Part shown: in pieces, positions 1 through 13,386 of the stretch
How positions within the stretch are numbered: the stretch's first letter is position 1
Layout of the letters: each line of letters opens with the position of its first letter
NCBI GenBank assembly: GCA_000697335.1
Contig: JNEM01013920.1
Location: 1 to 44,476, forward strand
Length of the DNA stretch: 44,476 nt
DNA from: Conidiobolus incongruus B7586
Lineage: Eukaryota
Direction of reading: 5' to 3'
The notes under the pieces: model-generated
The model's database searches: none
Seen by the model: only the letters and a program-made list of their open reading frames with translations
Told to the model about the DNA's origin: nothing
Program-made: the position numbers and the translations under genes

Positions 1-1323
1 ATATCTTTTTTCTCTCTTTGCTATTATTTTATATAATATTTTATAAATATACTAAATTTTTTTATTAATATCATTATACTTAAATCCTTCTCTAAAAAAA
101 TCTACTTATGTATTAATTATCTTTATAAAAAAAATAAATCAACTTGTGATATTACTAGAATTACTAGTGTTAACTAGTTTATTATAGCTAGGGTTATTAA
201 GAATAAAAATAAAGAAACATTTAAATTTAAATTTAAGTATGCTAGGATTATAAATAAATATGATGAGAAGTATATCTATAAGTTAGTTAATATAGGCTAA
301 TATAGTATTTTTGTAAAAATACAACAGGAACTATAAAACTATATAAGAATATTAGTTAATACTAATATTATTATATATATATATTATATTAGTATAGATA
401 CTACTTACACTTTAAGAAAAAACACCCTTAATTAAAGAAATCCCATTGTAAAGCTAGGTGGGAATTTAAATATTATTACTAATATTAAATTAAAACTAAT
501 TAGAATAAGGTTATTTAGTTTAATGAAATAAAAATATATTTTAGTAGATTTGATAAAAAAGTTAGATATTTTAGAAAAGATGTAAAACTACTTTATAACT
601 ATTATGTTAATTTTACTTAAAAGTATAATAGTAGGTTAATTATTATTTAGAAATATATATTGTTTTTAGGTATAGGGTATTTTTGTAAAATTAATAAAGG
701 AATTAATATTAACATATATTAAAATATTCTAAATAATGAATTGAAAAAAACCATTAAATAATATAAGTTAAATAAATCTAATATTATTTTCTAGTAAGAT
801 AATACTTCTTCCTATACTATAGCTTTTACTACCAAATAACTTAAAAATAACATGATAACAATTATAAAATAGCATTTTTAATTTTTTAACTTTAATCTAA
901 TTAAATACTTTTGGGATTAATTAAAAAAAGTTATTAAAGTTTTTCCCCTAGTATAAAATTTAAATTAGCTTTAAGAATATATTTAAGTAATATAGAATAA
1001 GATTAACCCTTTTTAATATAAAAAGTTAGTTGATTCTATACCCTATAAACTTAAAGAAGTTAAAAAAGCTAAAGGTAAATATACTAGGTTTTAATTTTTT
1101 TTATCATCAAAAACCTACAAATTTATTATTTATCTTAAGTAGAATTTAAAAGTTTATATTTTAACTAATTAATAACTAAATATCATTATTTAATGATATA
1201 TATAATTAATAAATATAATAGATTTTAATTATTTAATTTAAGTTTATTTCATTAAATATTAATCAAGTTATTAGTAAAAATATAAGTGTTTTTGATTTTA
1301 TAGCTTATTTTTACAGGTTAATA
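1..1323 (+). mobile_element. Tc1-family (DD34E-type) DNA transposon, hypermutated, 5' part outside the window
   Basis: The + strand reads N*NKVI*FNEIKI (from DWxxVIWSDE), IIF**DNTSSYT (from FQQDNAPxHT), FNFNLIKYFWD (from SPDLNPIEHLW) and KLVDSIPYKLKEVKKAKGKYTRF* (stop 1092-1094). The right TIR ends at 1323 and is followed by TA. It is the reverse-complement homolog of 1645-2959. Confidence 0.88.
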
Positions 1324-1551
1324 TATAGATTTATTAAAAAAATAATATAAAGCTAAATTATATTACCTTTATTTAAAATAATTTTTGTAAAATATTAGAT
1401 AATTATTAAGAGTTTGTTTTTATATAATATATTATATATAATAATTATTTTAATTATAGTTATAAGGAAATTTTTAGTTTATATTATTAGATTAAAGATA
1501 TACATTATATTTTGTGTTATATTTATATAATAATATTAGTAAATATTATTC

Positions 1552-1570
1552 CTGTCTCTTATACACATCT
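1552..1570 (+). other. Nextera/Tn5 19-bp mosaic-end adapter (library or assembly contamination)
   Basis: Exact match to CTGTCTCTTATACACATCT. Confidence 0.97.
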
Positions 1571-1644
1571 TAATTTAAATTCAAATTATATTATAATAAA
1601 ATATATTAGCTTATTAAAAAATATAATTTATTTTTTTGCTTATA

Positions 1645-3210
1645 CACTAACCTATAAAAATAAGTTATAAAATCAAAAACACTTATATTTTTACTAATAA
1701 CTTAATTAATATTTAATAAAATAAATTTAAATTAAATAATTAAAATCTATTATATTTATTAATTATGTATATCATAAAATGATGATATTTAGCTATTAAT
1801 TAGTTAAAATATAAATATTTAAATTTTACCTAGGGTAAATTATAAATTTATAGGTTTTTGGTGATAAAAAAAATTAAAACCTAATATATTTAACTTTAAC
1901 TTTTTTAACTTTTTTAAGTTTATAGGGTATAGAATTAACTAACTTCTTATACTAAAAAGGGTTAATTTTATTCTATACTTCTTAAACATATTCCTAAAGT
2001 TGATCTAAATCTTTTACTAGGGGAAAAGCTTTAATAGCTTTTTTTAACTAATTTTAAAGGTATTTAATTAGATTAAAGTTAGGAGATTAAAAAAACTACT
2101 TTATAACTATTATTTTGTTATTTTTAAGTTATTTGGCAATAAAAGCTATAATATAACAAGAAATATTATCTTACTAGAAAATAATATTAGATTTATTTAA
2201 CTTATATTATTTAATAGTTTTTTTCAATTTATTATTTAGAATATTTTAATATATTTTAGTATTAATTCCCTTATTAATTTTACAAAGATACTTTACAACT
2301 AAAAACAACATATATTTCTAAATAACAATTAACCTACTATTATACTTTTAGGTAAAATCAACATAATAGTTATAAAGTAGTTTTATATCTTTTTTAAAGC
2401 ATCTAGCTTTTCTATTAAATTTATTAAAATATATTTTTGTTTTATTAAACTAAATAACTTTATTTTAATTAATTTTAATTTAATATTAATAATAACATTT
2501 TAATTCTTGTTTAGCTTTATAATCAGATTTTTTTAATTAAGGGTGTTTTTTCTTAAAGTGTAAGTAATATCCATGCTAATATAAAACACATATAATAATA
2601 TTAGTGTTAACTAATATTTTTATATAGTTTTATAATTCTTGTTATATTTTTATAATAGCACAATATATATTTATACTAACCAACCTATAAATATATTTCT
2701 TATTATGTTTATCTATAATTTTAATATATTTAAGTTTAAATATTTCTTTATTGTTATTTTTAACAACTTTAACTATAATAAACTAATTAACACTAGTAAT
2801 TCTAACAATATCACAAGTTGATTTACTTTCTTTATAAAGTTAATTAATATATAAATGGATTTTTTTAAAGAGGGATTTATGTATAATAATACTAATAAAA
2901 AAAATTTAGTATATTTGTAAAATATTATATAAAATAATAACAAAGAGAGAAAAAAGATATGGTTATATATTGTTAAATATATCCTTTTATCTTAAAAACC
3001 TATAAATTTATAACTCACCTAAGTTAAATAATAAAGGTTAATATTTTTGCTAATAGTTTACTAAATATATCTAAATATATTTATTTATTATTAAATAATA
3101 TATCTTAATTATATATTATATTTTCAAGTAATTTAATATATATAAATATTTTAGTTATTAATTAAAATATATATATTTTTGATTTTATGACTCACTTTTA
3201 TAAGTTAGTA
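1645..3210 (-). mobile_element. Full-length (~1.57 kb) Tc1-family transposon, hypermutated
   Basis: The TIRs are CACTAACCTATAAAAATAAGTTATAAAATCAAAAA (from 1645) and its degenerate reverse complement TTTTTGATTTTATGACTCACTTTTATAAGTTAGTA (to 3210). TA flanks both ends (1643-44, 3211-12). The minus strand carries a degenerate transposase including SPNFNLIKYL (from SPDLNPIEHL). Confidence 0.88.
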
Positions 3211-4829
3211 TATAACTTATAAACATAAAAATTAAAGAAAGATTTGTATTTGCTATTAATAGTAAATTAACTTAAGTATGAAAAAATTATATTATTTACT
3301 ATTATCTACAAGAATATTTTTTCTTTATTTGAAATATTTATTTAACTCATTAATCAATTTAAATGTTTTTAAAATATTAAAGTTATAATATAATTTTATT
3401 TTGTTAAACTCAAAATATATAAACTTATTTGAAAATAATATAATAACTATATATTAAAGATTTTATATTTTTAAAATAATAAAACTAGGTATAAAATATA
3501 AGTTAATCTTTAAGTATAATATAACTACTATTTAAGTAACTAGTATAATTATTAAAAAGGAGTTATTTTGAATAAGATTCCCTTATATTATAATAATATT
3601 CTAACCAAATTATTTGATTATCTAGTTTTTATCTAATAGAATATATTATTTTTTTAATATATAAAATATAATTTCTTTTTTTATTTTAAACTTTTCTATT
3701 ATATCATTTAAACATGTTTTTTTATAACCTAGTTAATAAAGTATAATTATTAACTAAATTTCTAAATATATTTATTTTCCTTAATAAAAAGAAATAAAAT
3801 TTATATATAATTGTAAAATATCAGAAAGTTAAAAAACTTTATCTTTAATATTTTTATTTATCTTTTAAAATTATTTTCTTTAGAAGGATGTTCATATATA
3901 AACTATTATAACAGATATAGTATATATAACAAGTATAGTATATATAACAAATATAGAGATATATATCTTGAGGTTTTTAATTTATAAAATAATCATATAA
4001 TTGCTGGATTATTTGAGTTTTTATTAAAGTTTACTATAGTAATGGTAATAGAAACTACTATTTCATTTTTGCTAGGTATAATAAAAAAATAAAATTATTG
4101 AGGTGATTTTGATAATTATTATATATTTTTTTGTTTGAGAAAAGGAAAACTTTAGAGTTAATTATTGAAAAAAATCACTGAATTTTTTTTAGGTTATATC
4201 TGTATATATTTTTAACATTTTTCAAAAAACTAAGAAAAATCAAGAATCAGGATAGATTTAAGTAGGCCTATTATTTTTAATAATTTAATTGATTATTTAA
4301 AGTAATCCAACTTTAAATTAACTTACTATTAAAAATAATCAATTTTATTTAAAATTAATCAAGTAATAAATACCTTAATTAAAAATTCCAAATATTTTCA
4401 TAATTAATAGGCTATATATAATGTTACTAAAGGGAGTATAACCTTAATAAAACAAGAACCTATATTCAATTGTATTCAACAATTAAATTTAATATATATA
4501 AAAATATATAAGCCAAAAACAAAATTTTTATAAAGTATATAATATTTAGTTAATAATCAAAAGTTGAATTTTTCATTTATCATCTTATTATCTATATATT
4601 TATCAAAACCATAATTAAATTTAGATATATACTTAATTCTTTATTCATATAGTATTTGATATTTATAAAATATATTCAATAAGAGTTTGAAAAAATATTC
4701 ATTAATTTTTAAAATTAAACTATTCTAAAAAATTATTATATGATAAAGTTCTTATTGATTGAGAGTTATAATTAAATCCTATTACAACTAGATATCTAGA
4801 GTAAAAATATAATATAATTTATGATATTA

Positions 4830-6166
4830 TTAGTATAGAAATTAAGAAATAGCAAATTTTTTAATTTCTAATATTTCAAATATATTATATATTTTGAAAG
4901 ATTATATATATATAAAATATATAGGAAAATAGATATTTTCAAACTATATATATATATATTCAATTTTTATTATTTTTTTTATTAAAATATTTTGATTTTA
5001 AAATTTATACTTAAATTTAATTATGCTTAAACTAGATTGTGATTATCAAAAAGTTTTTATTTTTGTATTTTTAAAACTTAAACATAAAGCCTCTAAAATT
5101 ATTTAAAACTTGTAAACAGTTTATGAAGATGGTGTTTTATCTAAAACTACTATATATTGCTAGATTTGTGATTTTAAAGCTACAAGGGACATTATTTAAA
5201 ATTTACCAAAATCTAAAAAACTAATTTTTACTATTACTTTTTTATTTATTAATAGAGTAAGGAAATATATTAAGAAATACCTTTTTATTTTTGTTTAAGA
5301 ATTATTAAAAAAATTTAATATTAATTATATAAGCATGTTATATTTACTTAAGTTTAAACTTAGATTAATTAATAAAAATATAAAATAGATACCTTATAAT
5401 TTAACAAAAGCTTAAAAGAAAATTAGAGTAGCTATAGCTAAATTAAACTTATTAAGGTATAACTAAAAACAAAGGTTTTTATAGTAAATACTCACAATTA
5501 ATAAATTTTAAATTTTTTTATATAATTCTTTACTTAAAAATAAAAGAAAATGTTAAGTTAAATTAATCCCCTCTACAAATTCTAATAAATAAATACTTTA
5601 AATATAAGCAAATGTTAATTGTTGTAATAAATTATAATAGTATATAGTTTTCTTATTTAATATTTCAAGAAAAATCAATTAATAGTAAGTTATATATTAT
5701 TTTTTTAAATAAAACAATTTTTAAATAGTGTTCTCAATATAAATTAAAGACACCTATTATTTTACATGATAATTATAAAATATATAAAGCTAAAATTATA
5801 AAAAAATTTTTATATAAAAAAATTAGAGGGAGTTACCACATCTAGTATATTCACCTGATTATAACCTATATAATTATTATTGTTTTAGACAATTAAAAAA
5901 ACAGCTTATAGGAAAAAAAATTCTTGCAAACAAATTAAATTGGTTTGTGAAATATCAAATTTCAGTCTTTAATAAAAAGAACTGTTTTTTAGGTATTAGA
6001 AGCTTACCAAAAGTATAGAAAAGAGTTATTAATAATAAAAAAGTCTATTAATTTTATATTATTCATTAATTTTTATATATTATTCATTAATTTTTATATA
6101 TTATTTATTAATTTATTTGTTTAATTTTAATTTTAAAATTGTGCCATTACTTAATTTCTGCACTAA
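4830..6166 (+). mobile_element. Mariner (DD34D) transposon, subfamily A copy 1, dead
   Basis: ~30-bp TIRs TTAGTATAGAAATTAAGAAATAGCAAA / TGTGCCATTACTTAATTTCTGCACTAA with TA on both sides. The pseudo-ORF from ATG 5023 to ~6050 has an HTH-like stretch TVYEDGVLSKTTIYC*ICDFK, K*IPYNLT (WVPHEL motif), LHDN and YSPDYN motifs. Confidence 0.93.
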
Positions 6167-7691
6167 TAAATTATTTGACTAATTTAATTTGGATAAGATT
6201 TTAATTAGAGGTTTGTTTTCCAATAGTTTTTAAGAATTTATAGTATCACTTATAGTGGTAAAACACATGTGATATTAAATGACTTTAATTATATACTTGT
6301 AAAGCTGTTGTAACTGATCTTTTCATAAGTAGATAAGTGTGAATATTAGTATAAATCAATTATCAAAACAACTGACTCGCTCAATTCTCTAGATTCAATT
6401 TGGCAAAGACATTCGAGTTAATTGAATTACTTCAGAGTTAAAGTATAGGTTAAAATCATCTCAAACCCAAGCTGAATAAGATGAACACAATAATCAATTG
6501 CTAACACGTTTTTAATTTGATAGAATTGATGGAATTAATTGTTATTGGCCTTAAAACAAATCAAAGAGAATTATAAACAACAGTTAGTGTTGATCATTAT
6601 AGACATTCTTAGTTTAGAGGTTATATTAACACTAAACTCTCAAATGAAAATCGGTCAAAGATCTGTAGTGAATTTAATCAGTGAACTTAATAATTTTGCT
6701 AGTCATTCTTTATCCCCTATAATAAGGGATGATTTGGGACAGTATTATTTCTACAAGGAATCAATCCAAAGATCTGAATGTATCCAACCTAGGTTTGGAA
6801 ATAGAGTTATTTAAGTGATATACAGTTAGTTCTATATCGAATTTATCAATGATCCAAGAAACAGTTCAAGAGTAACGAAGTCGAAGATCCTTTCTATTTA
6901 AGCTCAATGAAGAAGACTTAATACTAGGTGATGAGGACATAAAACTTCGGCTAAGGTGTTTTATTTATAACAATTGTTTTGGGATAAAATTATTCTCTAT
7001 TCATTGAATAATTTGTTATTAATTTTTATATTTAGGATTTTAGTGTATCTTGTGAAATTTAAATTTTAATTCTAACTAATTAGCTTAATAATATATTTTA
7101 AAAAATAAATTTTAGATATAATAAGTATTAGATACTATTTAATAATTACTAACTCGAAATTAATGTTAATAAAATGATATTGATGGCATTTTAAAGAATT
7201 ATATAAAAAATTTTGGTATTAATTAAAAATGTGAAGTGAAATTATCAATCTAATTTTAATATAATTCTGAATGAATATAAAATTGTTATTTGAAAATTTA
7301 GTCATCCAAAATAAAAGAAATCTGGTAACTAATAGAATGGTTAAAGAAAATATTGAGAAAAATATAATTTAATAGATTATAGTATTTGTGTTTAAATGAA
7401 AAAGAATGAGATATATTGTTTTCTAAAAAGTAAAGTGAATAACATATTACCAAAACAAAAGAGAAAATGAATGTCACAAGAAACATAAATAGAAAATAAG
7501 GTAAAGATTATTGATGATATAAATACTATTAAAATTAAGCAAATGAAGATGATAATAGATATATAATAAACAAATAATTAATTAATATAATTTGATTTTT
7601 TGAAATTTATTATTCGAAATTGAAAGAATAGAGTATGGAAGGAGAAGACAACTTAACAAGTTAGCAAAAGTTGGTTTAATGTTTAATTGAT

Positions 7692-9437
<1,746 letters not shown>

Positions 9438-9496
9438 ATTTTTTGAGTTGATACCTCAAGAGCAAAAGGTTGATGACCAAAGTCTTATAGCTTTCA

Positions 9497-9621
9497 CCAA
9501 TATAAGTTGATCCATTTCCATTATCCCAAATTTCAATTTTTTATTTCTGATTATTTTGTTACCAATCATTGCAATCACTTAAGATGTTTATGAGCGCTTC
9601 TGATTCGCCAATATTGATTGG
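9497..9621. promoter_or_regulatory. Cluster of four CCAAT boxes upstream of ATP2
   Basis: CCAAT at 9497, 9562 and 9608 and ATTGG at 9617, all within 190 bp of the ATG. Respiratory genes are Hap-complex targets in yeast; function here is inferred. Confidence 0.3.
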
Positions 9622-10892
9622 GTGTGGTATTCTGTTGGTTAAATATTCCAAAATTTCCATTCTTAATGTTGTTTTTATTACTGACGTTTTCAAATTTAAT
9701 ATATTAATATTTTTGTTACATTTCATAACATAATGATATATCAAAATGTTCTATTTAATATTGTAATATAAGATCATCAAGTAATACGATGATTTTTAAT
9801 CTATATATATTATTACTATTTCTTTTATTTAAAATATAGTACTTAGTTCATATTGGATCATAGTTATCTAGAATTTTCCTTAAATCATTATCCAATTTTA
9901 TGAAGTAAAAATCAATTGAAATTTATGATTAATTATATTTATACCATTTAACACTATAATAATAAATGTTAATTTGGTATATTTATTTTAATAAAAATAT
10001 AATGAATAATCAATTTTAATTATTTATATTGATAATTTAGAATATTTTTAACTTATTTTTAAATTTCAATAATCAAATAGTATTTTTAATATCTATAATA
10101 ATTATAACTAGAATATATAGTGACTTCATTTTACTACCATACGTTGTTAACAGTACATTAATATCTGAAAATAGAATTTTTGATACATACTATTTGTTCT
10201 GAGTTTGATTCATTATTATCTTCTATTCTATTACAAATAAGAATTAAGTTAACAATACATTATAATATTTAAAAACTGAATTCATAATTTGAAATTATAC
10301 TATATTTATAATTAATCAATTTTTATCAAATACATTCCTTTAGCTTTATTTCATTACATTCAACATTTCTTTTTAAATTTTGATATTTTATTGTACATTT
10401 ATTGAATATCTGACAATGTATTCCATCGCTCATATACTTAAACTTACAAATACAGAATTAGTTCGTCTTTTATCATGGTATCAAATTATTCAAATATATA
10501 ATTCCTATTCTAAATCTCTTATTCTTTTTCTATTATATTTAGACAACAATTGTATTTGGTTTTGATAATAATAACAATATAATATACATTGACATTAATT
10601 AAATTTTAAGAAGTTTTAAAACAATTATAAATGATATATAAATAGATCAAGTTGATTAATTGAAACAAATTCTTTATACAAAGCCAAGTTAAAATATATG
10701 TTTTTATTTGATCAATATGTATGTGAGTATTTTTATTCAATAATTAAATTTATTTAAACATTGATAATATCAATACTTCATGGTGTTGCCATTAATAATA
10801 TATATTATTCAAATTTAACTATCCAATATAATTATCATTCTATATATATTAATTATAAATATCAATATTTTATCTATTGAATTTATATACTA

Positions 10893-12202
10893 TTACCTTG
10901 AATTTAAAATAATGGGAAATTTTTTAATTTCTGATTTTTCAAACATATTATTAGTTTGAAATAAATAAATATATACAAAGTTAATAGGAAATAATATATT
11001 TTTAATATATATATATATATATAATAATTTTTTTGATTAAAAAATTAATTTTTTAAAATTAGTTGTTTAATTTAATAATATTTAAATTAAATAATAATCA
11101 TCAAAAGTTTTTTATTTTAGTATTAGTAAAACTTTACTATAAGCCTTTTAAATTTATTTAAAATTTACAAGCAACTTTTAATAATAAAATATTATTTAAA
11201 TCACTAATTTATTGTTAAGTAATTTATTTTAAAGCTAAAAGAAAAATTATTTAAAACCTATTAAAATCTAAAAAATTAACTTTAATTATTATTTTTTCAA
11301 TTATTAATAAAATAAAAAAATATATTAAAAAACACCTTTTTATTTTAGTTAAAGAATTATCTAAGTATTTTAATATTAGTTATATATGTATTTTATATAT
11401 ATTAAAGTTTATACTCAAATTAATAAATAAAAATATAAAATAAGTATCTTATAATTTAATTAAAGCATAAAAAAAAGTTAAAATAGTTATTGTTAAATAA
11501 AACTTATTAAAATATTATTATAAGCTTAAACTTTTATAATAAATAATTATAATTGATGAATTTTAAATCTTTATATATAATCTTTTATTAAAACAAATTA
11601 AAATGTTAAATTAGATTCAATTAACCCCTTTAATAAATCCCTTTAAATAAATATTTTATTAATAAGTAAATATTAATTATTATAATAAATTATAATAATA
11701 TATACTATTTTTATTTAGCTTTTAAAGAAAAATTAATTAATAATATATTTTATATTGTTTTTTTAAATAAAAATATTTTTAATTATTATTCTCAATATAA
11801 TTTAAAAAAACTTATTATTTTATAAGATAATGGTAAAATACATAAATTTAAAGCTATAAAAAACTTTCTAATTAAAAATAACTAGAAAAAACTATTACAT
11901 CTAATATATTCTTTAGATTATAACTTATATAATTATAATTACTTTAAGTAATTAAAAAACTAGCTTATAAGAAAGAAAATTTTTATAGGAAAATTTAATT
12001 ATTTTATAATATTAGATTTTAGTTTTTAATAAAAAGAATTATTTTTTAGGTGTTAGAAATTTGTTAAAAATATAACAAAAAGTTATTAATAATAAAAAAA
12101 ACTATTAAATTTATATTATATATTTATTTTTATATATTATATATTAAAATGTTTATTTATTTTTAATCACAAAAAATTCCTATTATTAAAATTATAAAAT
12201 AA
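10893..12202 (+). mobile_element. Mariner (DD34D) transposon, subfamily B copy 1, dead
   Basis: TIRs TTACCTTGAATTTAAAATAATGGGAAAT / AATTCCTATTATTAAAATTATAAAATAA with TA flanks. It is colinear with 28840-30148 and with the subfamily A transposase. The start codon is mutated to ATA. Confidence 0.9.
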
Positions 12203-13012
12203 TAATAAATAAAGCAATTTAAAAAATTTATCATAATAAGATTATATTCAAATATATAAATAACCTTAAATTAAACCACTCATATTTATATCAATTAATT
12301 AATATAATAAAAACTTTTATTGAAATTGAATAGTATAAATATTTTTAAATTGTTATTTATTAAATTTTTTTAAATTATTAATTTTCATTTAGTTCCAATT
12401 ATATAAAATAAAATCTCTTAATTTTACTCCTTTTAAATTTATCTTATCAATACCCAATATTATGAAATAAAAATAACATGATAATATGAAGGAATTATAT
12501 ATTGAATATTAATATTAAACTATGCCACAACTTATTTCAATATTAAATCATCACTGATAACGAAAATAATTTTCAAGAGTTAATAAATTTCAAATAATTA
12601 TATTTAATTTTTTATAAAAAGGATTTGAAATTCAAATTAAAATCCTGATTTACCTTTTGACTTAAAATATATAAATATGTCTATATTTTATTATTTAATT
12701 AGAAAATATAAATATTACTCTGACAAAAGTATATTAATACAATATATATAGTATCATAATTATAATAGCATAATCAATAGTATCATGGATTATTTCCATT
12801 AATATATAATTTTTATCAATATAGTTTTTGAAAATAATAGTAATTATTAAATAAAAATTGAAAATAAATGTTTTGTTAATAAAATATACAATGGTGTAAA
12901 AAATAAAATGGTAAATTTTAAATTTTTATTTTGATAACATAAAAAAACTATAGTGAAAAATTAATTTAAATAATCAATAATTTTGTTTTCATTAATAAAA
13001 TTTCATATTAAT

Positions 13013-13386
13013 TATAAGTATTATAACAATTGCTACTTAATTGATACCTTTCCTCACTCCAATTCACTACTAAGGACTTGATTATCCAAATTAGGTCTTA
13101 TCAATATTTTACAAATCCCCACATCTGAGTGACCTCATTATTACTCAGCCTTATTTATTTATGTGTATATATTTCACTTAGCTATAAAAAGGACTCAGAT
13201 CCTTTTCTCTAGCTAGAACTCTGGCTGACATTACTTCTTACACAAATAAACCTTTTGCCTAACTATTAATATATTTCTTATGATTATTAATTAGCACCTC
13301 AATACTGAAGGATCTAGTTATTATATATTTCCTAAGGTATTAAGAGATCTGTTTCTTCTACCCTTGACTATTGTTATTCACTTACA
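13013..13386 (+). mobile_element. Solo LTR (374 bp)
   Basis: Termini TATAAGT (TG mutated to TA) and ACTTACA form an inverted pair. A 5-bp direct repeat TTAAT lies at 13008-12 and 13387-91. There is an internal TATAAAAA followed by AATAAA, and GC is higher than in the flanks. It is not similar to the LTRs at 21.4 and 24.5 kb. Confidence 0.7.

Noticed and set aside
1552..1570. A natural Tn5/IS50 end acquired horizontally
   Set aside because: The sequence is the engineered mosaic end, and there is no IS50 body or second end.
2639..2821. 60-aa ORF, and similar I/F/N/K/Y-rich ORFs at 7298, 9559, 10380 and 35620
   Set aside because: Low-complexity chance ORFs in AT-rich DNA; the first lies antisense within a dead Tc1.
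6045..6115. ~21-bp tandem repeats (also the duplication near 3917-3950 and the TA microsatellites) as a CRISPR-like array
   Set aside because: No spacers; these are simple slippage repeats, and the unit number differs between the two mariner A copies.
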